From: Anaerolineaceae bacterium | GTDB lineage: Bacteria; Chloroflexota; Anaerolineae; Anaerolineales; Anaerolineaceae | Direction: 5' to 3' | Length of the DNA: 64,000 nucleotides | Assembly: GCA_034430195.1 (NCBI GenBank) | Contig: DAOUFF010000049.1 | Span: forward strand, 10,271-74,270 | Part shown: piece by piece, positions 9,842-17,736 of the stretch | Position numbering within the stretch: position 1 is the first letter of the stretch | Layout: each line of letters begins with the position of its first letter | Notes under the pieces: model-generated | What the model saw: only the letters and a program-made list of their open reading frames with translations | Database searches by the model: none | Told to the model about the DNA's origin: nothing | Made by a program: the position numbers and the translations under genes

Positions 9842-10648
9842 TCATGGGAACAGGCTGTAATAGTCCACCTTAGGGAAGACTGTAAGCCGGCCGCCAATGG
9901 TGGCATCCAATACTTGCCGGCCGTCGGCTGCAAAAGCTTCCCGGGCCATGCGGTAAGCCAGCTCGGAGGTCTGCAGGTCTGGCAACTGCCAGCGAAATCC
10001 TTTGCCAAAATAGGCAGCTGAAAAGTGGTTGGGGTCATCGCCCTGCGACTCGACGGTGGTATTGGGGGTTCCCTGGGTAGTAAAGCTGTGGTCGACACCG
10101 ATCAGAACAACCGTGGTAAAGCCCATATAGTAAGCCAGTTGGAGGGCCACGTAGGTCACTGTGGCCCCTTCCCACACCCGCCTGGTCACATCCCGCGAAA
10201 AGCGTGGGCTGGTGTAACTGGTATAGAGGAAGTGAGTCGACTCATCCATCTTCAGCCATTTGTGCGCCCGCCACGAAAAAAATTTGGGCATGTCCAAGGC
10301 GTTGAATTCGGCAGCAGACTGCTCGGCTACCAGATCATTGATCGAAACCAGGCAAGACGGACGAAAGTTTAATTCTTGCTCCGCCAGAAAGATACGGTTA
10401 AAGCCGAAACTGAATTCATTGCTCAGCTTGCCCAAATCGGTCTGGCGCAGGCTTGGACCGTTCCCGACTAAAAAGCAGCGCTCGCCTTTGTGGCTATTGT
10501 GAAGGGCGGCCAGTTTGCGCCGGGATTCCCGCCGCCAGGGGTGCAGGTAAGCGCCCGGCAGTTCGGGCAGACGGCGCAGGCCGTCATAAAGCTGACGCAG
10601 CTCACGCCCGAAACGATCGGAGCTATTTTGCGGGTTTATTTCAGCCAT
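9842..10648 (-). CDS. Stand-alone DUF115/MptE-like domain protein, Maf/Cst (GT42)-like candidate nonulosonic-acid transferase
   Basis: CFLVGNGPSLRQTDLGKLSNEFSFGFNRIF and YVALQLAYYMGFTTVVLIGVDHSF ... DDPNHFS mirror the AGNGPSL ... SGIDFY ... NSHYIGH layout of Cst-type sialyltransferases and the Maf central domain. Confidence 0.6.
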   Translation of the reverse strand: MAEINPQNSSDRFGRELRQLYDGLRRLPELPGAYLHPWRRESRRKLAALHNSHKGERCFLVGNGPSLRQTDLGKLSNEFSFGFNRIFLAEQELNFRPSCLVSINDLVAEQSAAEFNALDMPKFFSWRAHKWLKMDESTHFLYTSYTSPRFSRDVTRRVWEGATVTYVALQLAYYMGFTTVVLIGVDHSFTTQGTPNTTVESQGDDPNHFSAAYFGKGFRWQLPDLQTSELAYRMAREAFAADGRQVLDATIGGRLTVFPKVDYYSLFP

Positions 10649-10654
10649 CAGCGT

Positions 10655-11422
10655 TTATTCCGTACTCAGTCGACAGGTTGCCCCGCCATCGGCAATGATT
10701 CCCTGACCGGTAATAAAGCTGGATTGGGTGGGGTCAGCCAAAAAATAAATCACGGAGGCGATTTCGGCCGGGTCGGCCACCCTGCCGTTTACGGTTTTGC
10801 GTGCCAGCGCAGCCAGCTGCTCTTCTTCGCTGACTTCGCCGGACCTGCCGCGGTGAAAACCAGCCCGCAGCATCGGGGTATCGACCGCGCCGGGCAGCAC
10901 AGCATTCACCCGGATGGAATCGGGGGCAAATTCAATTGCCATAGCCCGCGTCAGAGCCAATAGACCGCCTTTACTGGCAGCATACGCGGCGATATTGGCC
11001 GAGGTGGCTACGGCATGCACGGAAGAGACGTTGACGATCGCGCCGCCTCCCTCGGCCTGGAGCAGCGGGTAGGCCAGTTTGGCGCCCAGAAAGACCGAGC
11101 GCAGGTTGGAAGCCATCACCTGATCCCATTCCTCGGCGCTGGTTTCGAGCAGACTCTTGGTCACCTGAAAACCGGCGTTGTTGACCAAAGCATCCAATGT
11201 GTGCGTAAACTTGCTTGTCTCGGCATAAATCCCTTCCAGCGCGCTGGCTGAGGAGATGTCGGCCTGGATGTAAAGGCCGTTGCTCGGGAATTCAGGGTAA
11301 ACGCCCTTTCGGTCGACACCAATGACGGTATAACCATGTTCCGCGAAGCAGGCTACCACGGCCCGACCCACCCCGCCGGCGGCGCCGGTGATTAATACGT
11401 GTCTTGTTTGGTTGCCAGTCAT
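10655..11422 (-). CDS. SDR family oxidoreductase
   Basis: VLITGAAGGVGRA (TGxxxGxG), NNAG, and a catalytic S...YxxxK region (SSVHAVATSANIAAYAASK). Start moved to ATG 11422, 1 nt after the upstream stop. Confidence 0.8.
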   Translation of the reverse strand: MTGNQTRHVLITGAAGGVGRAVVACFAEHGYTVIGVDRKGVYPEFPSNGLYIQADISSASALEGIYAETSKFTHTLDALVNNAGFQVTKSLLETSAEEWDQVMASNLRSVFLGAKLAYPLLQAEGGGAIVNVSSVHAVATSANIAAYAASKGGLLALTRAMAIEFAPDSIRVNAVLPGAVDTPMLRAGFHRGRSGEVSEEEQLAALARKTVNGRVADPAEIASVIYFLADPTQSSFITGQGIIADGGATCRLSTE

Positions 11423-11423
11423 T

Positions 11424-12434
11424 TCATTCCCTTTCAGCAGAACCACCGGCTGAGTGAGACTGGCCTTCCAGCGCTTTTAAGCTGGCCAGGTCGCCAACCG
11501 GCAGGTCGAGCCCCAGAAGCAAGTTGCGCAAGGTGTTCCAGTGCACCCTTTCCCAAAAGAATGGGCTGGAATTGGTGTTATGCGGTGAAAGCAAGACGTT
11601 CTCCATCTGCAGGAGAGGGCTTTCGAGTGGGAGTGGTTCCACTTCGAAGACGTCTAGCGCGGCGCCACGCAGCTGACCAGCTTGCAGGGCAGCAATCAGC
11701 GCTGGTTCATCAATGACCGGGCCACGGCTGGTGTTAATTATCACGGCATCTCGCTTGCAGTACGAAAGCGTCTCACGGTTGATGAGGTGGTGAGAAGTCG
11801 GGTTCAGCGTACAGTTGAGGCTGATAAAGTCTGACCGACTCAGCAGGTTCTGCAGTGAGGTCATTTCCACGCCTTCTTCCAGTAAAAAGTCAGGTGCGAT
11901 TTCGACGATATCATTGCCCAGCAGCCGCATGCCAAACGCACGGGCACGGCGTAGAACCGCCTTGCCGACGTTCCCCACACCCACCACTCCCAGGGTGGAT
12001 TCGCTGAGCGTCTTTCCCTGGATCTTCTTCCAATTCCCTGCTTTCATGGCCTGGTCCATCCAAGGCTGCTGCCGGGAGAAATTGAGCATGGAAGCCAACA
12101 CGCTTTCAGATACCGGTACGGTAAAGGCATTGGGTGTGTTCAAAACACGCACGCCGAACTCGGCGGCAGCCTGCTGGTCGATAGAGTCAATGCCAGTGCC
12201 CCATTTGGAAATGACGCGCAGCGCTGGCGCACAGGCTGCGATCACGCGGGCGCTGTAACGGTCGTCGCCGCAAATGGTGCCGGCAAACTGCCCGGCATAG
12301 CGCAGGATTTCTTCCTCAGAGAAGCGCTCGTGCACTTCTGGCTGCAGTACAGTAAGGCCAAAGTGCTTCAGAATGGGCTTGAAGCGCTGCATATACGGTA
12401 GCATGTAAGGGGCGGTTACCAATACAGCGGTCAT
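11424..12434 (-). CDS. D-isomer-specific 2-hydroxyacid dehydrogenase family (PGDH/GyaR-like)
   Basis: GVVGVGNVGKAVLRRARAFGMRLLGND (NAD-binding GxGxxG), INTSRGPVIDEPAL, DVFEVEPLP, SPHNT. Confidence 0.75.
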   Translation of the reverse strand: MTAVLVTAPYMLPYMQRFKPILKHFGLTVLQPEVHERFSEEEILRYAGQFAGTICGDDRYSARVIAACAPALRVISKWGTGIDSIDQQAAAEFGVRVLNTPNAFTVPVSESVLASMLNFSRQQPWMDQAMKAGNWKKIQGKTLSESTLGVVGVGNVGKAVLRRARAFGMRLLGNDIVEIAPDFLLEEGVEMTSLQNLLSRSDFISLNCTLNPTSHHLINRETLSYCKRDAVIINTSRGPVIDEPALIAALQAGQLRGAALDVFEVEPLPLESPLLQMENVLLSPHNTNSSPFFWERVHWNTLRNLLLGLDLPVGDLASLKALEGQSHSAGGSAERE

Positions 12435-13123
12435 TTTTCCTCCGGGTTGGATTTTAATCGCTGTGAGAGCAAGATTTCTGCCACGCTAAAATCAATTTCT
12501 TCGTCGATATCCCAGGCTTCCCGGGCATCAATCTCGAACATCAGTGGCCGTTCACCCAGACGGTTGCGCCGGCTGGAGAGGGTCTGCCCTGTGAAAAGAT
12601 ATAAGCACGAATTCTCTTCATATACCGGCGGCAGGTCCTGCGTGCGCAGCAGCACGGCCGGGTTGTGGTTGATCGCCCGCCCCAGCTGGTCCCAAAGGCG
12701 GGTCTGCAGGCGTGTGACACCGAACAAGGAATCGTATTCAGGGTAGGCGGCGCTGAGCGTGGCGATCGCCCGTGAAATGGTTTCGGGCTTGAGCAGCGGA
12801 TTTGTGCTGTGGGTCTGCAGGTACAGATCCGCTGGCACCAGGGAGGTATCGTGCATCAGGATTTCGTTGGTGGGGATGGTGTCTGCGCGCAATTCTTCCG
12901 GCCGAACCAAACAGCGCACGGCAGGAAAATCGCAGGCCAGGCCTTCAAGAATGACCGGAGAGTCACTATCTACAACCACCTGAGAAATTTCAGGGCATGC
13001 CAGCAGGGTGGTGATAATGTGGGCGTAAAGTGGTTTACCCAGCATCAGGCGATAATTTTTCCCCGGGACGCGTTTTGAGTCGTGCCGCATGGGCACCAAG
13101 GCAACAATTTTTTCGAATTTCAT
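12431..13123 (-). CDS. Acylneuraminate cytidylyltransferase family protein (CTP_transf_3-like), copy 1
   Basis: VALVPMRHDSKRVPGKNYRLMLGKPLYAHII, a P-loop-like motif typical of CMP-NulO/CMP-Kdo synthetases. 230 aa. ATGA overlaps at both ends. Confidence 0.75.
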   Translation of the reverse strand: MKFEKIVALVPMRHDSKRVPGKNYRLMLGKPLYAHIITTLLACPEISQVVVDSDSPVILEGLACDFPAVRCLVRPEELRADTIPTNEILMHDTSLVPADLYLQTHSTNPLLKPETISRAIATLSAAYPEYDSLFGVTRLQTRLWDQLGRAINHNPAVLLRTQDLPPVYEENSCLYLFTGQTLSSRRNRLGERPLMFEIDAREAWDIDEEIDFSVAEILLSQRLKSNPEEK

Positions 13124-14742
13124 TCCTCTCCTTCCCTGAGCATAAAGTCACCACCGCGCAGAATCCCATCGCTGATCGCGCGCAGGGCGGCTGAATTATC
13201 TGGCAGAAGCTGCTGCCAGCCAAAGTCTTTCAGGCGCACATAACCGGGCCACAAGCCATCAGGCTCCAAAAAGGCAGCAAAGTTGAGTGATGAGCGGTAC
13301 AGCTGCCAGTAGAGAAAGCGGCGTGCATTTTCAGCAAAGCGCGGCGGGACCTGGATTTCGGCCGCAGAAAGGAAGCTTTCGAGCTGGCTCAGGTAGCTCT
13401 GCCGGCTGGAGGGGAAGTAAACCGCATCGGTGCTGCTGAAGCGCGATTTGCCTGCTGCAAGAACTGGCCGGCCTAAAATGGAAGCTTCCAACCCGATGGT
13501 AGAGTTGTAAATCAGCACTAGTTTGGAGAGGCGAATCAGGTCATAGCTGCTAAAAAACTCGGTCGGGGGAATGAAGCGCACATTGGGCAGGCTTTGCACC
13601 CGCCGGCTTTCAGCCCAGTGGCTGACCGTTTCTTCGCTAGCCTTCCCTTTGCGGGCTTCGTCCGGATGAGCGCGGATGACAAACAGCACTTCGGGGTGTC
13701 GGGCAGCTGCCTGCAGGATCTCATCCAGCCAGACAAACATATCTTCAAAGAGGACGTTGGCATGAGGCTGACTGGTGTCAAATATTACATTGGTAAATAC
13801 CGGTACGACCGCTGTAAACTGGCGGCTGAGGCGCACAAATTCTGGATCCAGCTGGCTCATTTCGGGCCAGAATTGAACGCCGGCCATGTGAAAGTCACCC
13901 TGAAAGCGGCGGCTAAGGTATTGATCCAGACGGGAATTCTGCTCGGCGTCCAATTTAAAATCCTGTGGCAGGGTTAGCGGGTAAGCGGTGGCATCGCCAG
14001 CGGTGAAAAATGCACTCAGTGGTCTCAGTCCGACTTCATGGCTGTAAACCGGCAGGCCGCGCTGGCGGGCAGTCCAGCGGGCTGTCGCCTCGGGGTATTG
14101 CATACCATTAAAAACCACCACAGCTTGCGGTTTCGTTTCGTCCAGCGCGGCAGAAAAACTGCGCTGCAAAGACCAGGCAGAACGCAGGTATTCGCGCAAA
14201 ATGCGCAGAGCCGACGCGTCTCCCTCAAGGTGGTGCCGGCGCAAAATCCAGCGCACCGATGGCAGCACCAGCGACCCAAGGGGTACGCCCTGATATTCCA
14301 GGCTGCTCAGTTCATCCAGGTCAAGCCCGGTTAGAGCCTGGTCAAATTCGTCAGAGGGCTGAAATTCGAACGGGATCTGAGCCTCATCGCCAAAAAGCGC
14401 GCGCGACTGAGCCATGCAGGACTGGCAAGGTGGATTCTTGCCGGCTGTGCTGCGGTCGGTGCCCAAAACACACTGTGTCATGCCTCGCTGGCAGACGAAG
14501 TGCATCACCGGTACCCCTTGCAGCGAAAGCGACCAGCTGCTCAGCCGGGCGAAACCAGCGTTCAGGCTGACCCCGCTCAGCCGGGTGGACGCGTCGAAAA
14601 ACATCACCGGTGCGCCGGCGGCTTGGGGCGAGTGCGCGTGGACCTGCCCGGCCATCGCCCGGATTGAACGGTTGACGGCGGAATGCGTCAGGCGCGTTTG
14701 AAGGTGGGTGCGGGCTTTTCCCGCAAGCTTTGCCGGGTTCAT
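13120..14742 (-). CDS. Capsule-polysaccharide-biosynthesis (KpsC/KpsS, Capsule_synth-like) family protein, paralogue A
   Basis: C-terminal half IRAHPDE ... NVRFIPPTEFFSSYDLIRLSKLVLIYNSTIGLEASILGRPVLAAGKSRF resembles the K-HP-D ... TinSTVGLEAL ... PV..lG signature of PF05159-type proteins. The N-terminal region contains CQRGMTQC ... CQSC. Confidence 0.55.
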   Translation of the reverse strand: MNPAKLAGKARTHLQTRLTHSAVNRSIRAMAGQVHAHSPQAAGAPVMFFDASTRLSGVSLNAGFARLSSWSLSLQGVPVMHFVCQRGMTQCVLGTDRSTAGKNPPCQSCMAQSRALFGDEAQIPFEFQPSDEFDQALTGLDLDELSSLEYQGVPLGSLVLPSVRWILRRHHLEGDASALRILREYLRSAWSLQRSFSAALDETKPQAVVVFNGMQYPEATARWTARQRGLPVYSHEVGLRPLSAFFTAGDATAYPLTLPQDFKLDAEQNSRLDQYLSRRFQGDFHMAGVQFWPEMSQLDPEFVRLSRQFTAVVPVFTNVIFDTSQPHANVLFEDMFVWLDEILQAAARHPEVLFVIRAHPDEARKGKASEETVSHWAESRRVQSLPNVRFIPPTEFFSSYDLIRLSKLVLIYNSTIGLEASILGRPVLAAGKSRFSSTDAVYFPSSRQSYLSQLESFLSAAEIQVPPRFAENARRFLYWQLYRSSLNFAAFLEPDGLWPGYVRLKDFGWQQLLPDNSAALRAISDGILRGGDFMLREGEE

Positions 14743-14743
14743 G

Positions 14744-15619
14744 CTACTGGCTAAAGCGCCTCAGCTTGCTCAGAGAAGATTGTTCACTGTCATAAACCTT
14801 TTTGACTCCGTCTCCCAAAGACAGCTCCGTGACGCGGATGTACTTGACCAAGTGGGCGATTCCCTGCGGTTCTACCGAAGCACTTTGGTCGCTGCCCCAC
14901 ATAGCGCGATCCAAGGTGATATGGCGCTCAACCAGACAGGCGCCCAAGGCTACAGCCACAGCTGAGGGAACCAGACCGACCTCGTGCCCTGAATAACCGA
15001 CCGGGCAGGGGTACATGCCTTTGAGCGTGTCGATCATGCGCAAGTTGAGCTCTTCCGGCGGGCAGGGATAGCTGCTGGTGGTGTGGCAGAGAATCAAATT
15101 GTCGGACCCGAGAATTTCCATCGCTTCCCGGATCTGATCCAAGGTGGACATTCCCGTGGAAACGATCAGCGGTTTGCCGGTCGCCCGGTAAGCGCGCAGC
15201 AGCTCGTGATCCGTCAGCAGCGCTGAGGGGATTTTATGGGTTGATGGGTTAAAGCGGTCAATGAATTCCAGCGAGGGGACGTCCCACGATGAGGCAAACC
15301 AATCGATGCCGACTTGGCGGCAATATCGGTCGATCTCAGCGTACTGCTCTTCGCCAAATTCCACTTTGTAGCGGTAGTCTAGATAGGTGACATAGCCCCA
15401 GGGGGTTTCGCGCATCTGATTGCGCTGATGTTCGGGCACGCATAACTCGGGCGTGCGTTTCTGGAACTTGACCGCGTCCAAACCAGCTTCCTTGGCCGCG
15501 TCGATCAGTTGTTTGGCAATTTCCAGGTCGCCGTTATGGTTGATGCCAATTTCGCCGACGATGTAAGTTGGGTGTCCGTCGCCGATCCAGCGGCTGCCGA
15601 TTTTGACTTCACGTGCCAT
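14744..15619 (-). CDS. NeuB-family PEP-condensing (non)ulosonic acid synthase, short form lacking the SAF domain
   Basis: IGDGHPTYIVGEIGINHNGDLEIAKQLIDAAKEAGLDAVKFQKR, KIPSAL, STGMST, GYSGHE. 291 aa, ending right after the TIM barrel. Confidence 0.8.
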   Translation of the reverse strand: MAREVKIGSRWIGDGHPTYIVGEIGINHNGDLEIAKQLIDAAKEAGLDAVKFQKRTPELCVPEHQRNQMRETPWGYVTYLDYRYKVEFGEEQYAEIDRYCRQVGIDWFASSWDVPSLEFIDRFNPSTHKIPSALLTDHELLRAYRATGKPLIVSTGMSTLDQIREAMEILGSDNLILCHTTSSYPCPPEELNLRMIDTLKGMYPCPVGYSGHEVGLVPSAVAVALGACLVERHITLDRAMWGSDQSASVEPQGIAHLVKYIRVTELSLGDGVKKVYDSEQSSLSKLRRFSQ

Positions 15620-16868
15620 TGTTTTCTCCTGTTTGAGTTTCGTTGATTGATTTCATGACCATTTCGGTAAGCTCGCGGATGGCTCCTCGGCCGCCTGGGT
15701 GCTTTAAAACCAGATCAGCCTGGCGGCGTACCTGGGGGTGCGCATCGGCGGGGCAGACGAAATAGCCGACCAGGGGCAGCACAGGCAGGTCGGTGACGTC
15801 ATTTCCTACATAAATGACTTCTTCCCCTTTCAAGTTGCGGTCCGCCAGCAACTGGCGCAGGGCTTCGTCTTTGCGGAGCACAGCCTGAAAGACTTCCATC
15901 TTCAGCTTGCGCCCACGGGCTGAGACGACCGGATTTTCTTCGCGGGAGAGGATGATGGCATTTACCTGCCCTTGCTCGCGCAGCAAATCCAACCCAAGGC
16001 CATCAGAGCGGCTGGTACGGACGCTTTCGCGACCATCCTGGTCGGTATAGACCATGTCGTCCGACAAAACGCCGTCAAAGTCCATGACCAACGTGGAAAT
16101 GCGCCCGGGGAAAGACCTTCTGCGCTTGAGCGGATCCACTGGCTCCAGTTCCGGTTCCTGCATCAGCCGGGCATAGCGTTCAAGGTCGACGGGAGTGTCG
16201 ATGTCGACCGTGTAGCGCGGGTCGATGACAACCGGCAGAATGACGCTGCCCGACATGGAGTGCCTGCGCAGAATCGTTTCAGTCCGGATGGCATCTATAT
16301 GGCCGGTCTGCCAATAGGTTTTGGGGAGCATCTGGCGGGGGGCGTTGTAAGGCTCAGGGACGTCTGCCAGTTGCAGCAGCGGCTGAAGGCTGCCCGACTG
16401 TGGGTCAATCCGCCACATTTTGTATGGGTTCTGGCCGGCTGGAACCACCCCGCGAACGCTGTCCGCTTCTGGATTCTCCATAAGCAGATGTACAGCGCTG
16501 TCGATCAGGCCCTTCGGGCGCACGGGTGAGGTTGGCCGCAGCTGCACGACCACATCGTAATTCCGGTTCTCGTGCTGGGCTAGCCATTCTAGAGCGTGTT
16601 GAAATACCGGGAAGTCCGTCGTGTCATCCTGGGCCAGTTCTGGTGGGCGTAAGAAGGGCGCCTCGGCACCCCATGCACGCGCTACCTGTGAAATTTCTTC
16701 GTCATCAGTTGAAACGATCACGCGCGAGACCGTTTCGGCCTGCAGGGCGGCTGCGATGCTGTATGCGATCAGGGGTGCACCGGCAAAATCGTGCAGATTT
16801 TTGCGCGGAATGCCCTTGGAGCCACCCCGGGCTGGAATGAGCGCCAGCACCTGCGGTTGGGCTACCAT
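15609..16868 (-). CDS. Bifunctional CMP-nonulosonate synthetase (N-terminal) / KdsC-type HAD phosphatase (C-terminal)
   Basis: N-terminal ALIPARGGSKGIPRKN ... VVQLRPTSP (CTP_transf_3-like, about aa 1-236). C-terminal VMDFDGVLSDD (HAD motif I), ILSRE, VGNDVTDLP (motif IV), about aa 258-419, matching the KdsC / Kdn-9-P phosphatase layout. Confidence 0.75.
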   Translation of the reverse strand: MVAQPQVLALIPARGGSKGIPRKNLHDFAGAPLIAYSIAAALQAETVSRVIVSTDDEEISQVARAWGAEAPFLRPPELAQDDTTDFPVFQHALEWLAQHENRNYDVVVQLRPTSPVRPKGLIDSAVHLLMENPEADSVRGVVPAGQNPYKMWRIDPQSGSLQPLLQLADVPEPYNAPRQMLPKTYWQTGHIDAIRTETILRRHSMSGSVILPVVIDPRYTVDIDTPVDLERYARLMQEPELEPVDPLKRRRSFPGRISTLVMDFDGVLSDDMVYTDQDGRESVRTSRSDGLGLDLLREQGQVNAIILSREENPVVSARGRKLKMEVFQAVLRKDEALRQLLADRNLKGEEVIYVGNDVTDLPVLPLVGYFVCPADAHPQVRRQADLVLKHPGGRGAIRELTEMVMKSINETQTGENNGT

Positions 16869-17689
16869 GCCGTCCAGCCTCCATCCACGACCAGGTTACT
16901 GCCAGTCATGTATGACGATGCGTCCGAGGCCAAAAAGAGCATGGCCGCGCTCATCTCATCCACTCGGGCCATGCGCCCCAGGATGGTTTTGGCAGAATAA
17001 GCTTCGCTAAAAACTTCATCATGGCCGTTGAACACGCCACCCGGGGTAAGGGCGTTCACGCGGATATTCTGGCCGGCATAGTAGGCCGCCAGATAGCGGG
17101 TGAAGCCGAGCACACCGGCTTTGGTGACCGAATAATGGACCGGTTTGAAAGATTGACTGCCATCCGGACGGCGGTAAATGCGCTGGTCCGGGCCGTTCAG
17201 GCCGTAAGTAGAACATATGTTCACGATGGCGCCTTGCCCTTGCGCCAGCATTGGCTTGACGGCTGCTTGAGAGGCAAGAAACATGCCGGTCAGGTTGACG
17301 TCCAGCGCCTGGCGCCAGGCATCCAAAGCATAGCTTTCAAATGCGTTGGCAGCCTGACTGCCGGCATGCTGCGGGTCAAACTTGGGGTCCAACGCAGCGG
17401 AATTAATCAGTACGTCCAGCCGGCCGAAGGCCCGCACGGTTTCTGAAACCATGTCAGCGGTCGAGGCGGGGTTGGTGACGTCAACTTCCACGGCTTGTGC
17501 AACAAGATTTTGATCGCACAGGAGGCGGGCTTGATCGCGGGCGGCTTGCGCTGCCAGATCGGCCACCATCACCATCGCGCCGGCCTGAGCCAAAGCCAGG
17601 CTGAATTGCTTCCCAAGCAACCCCGCTCCGCCGGTGACGATCACCGCCCGGCCGTGCATGTCAAATTTATCCATTATTTGTTGTGTCAT
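16862..17689 (-). CDS. SDR family oxidoreductase
   Basis: AVIVTGGAGLLGKQ, INSAAL, catalytic CSTYG ... YSVTKAG, LTPGGV. Confidence 0.8.
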   Translation of the reverse strand: MTQQIMDKFDMHGRAVIVTGGAGLLGKQFSLALAQAGAMVMVADLAAQAARDQARLLCDQNLVAQAVEVDVTNPASTADMVSETVRAFGRLDVLINSAALDPKFDPQHAGSQAANAFESYALDAWRQALDVNLTGMFLASQAAVKPMLAQGQGAIVNICSTYGLNGPDQRIYRRPDGSQSFKPVHYSVTKAGVLGFTRYLAAYYAGQNIRVNALTPGGVFNGHDEVFSEAYSAKTILGRMARVDEMSAAMLFLASDASSYMTGSNLVVDGGWTAW

Positions 17690-17736
17690 CGCCGCGATCC
17701 ATTATTCTGAAGTAACTTAAAATTTTACCACCAGGG

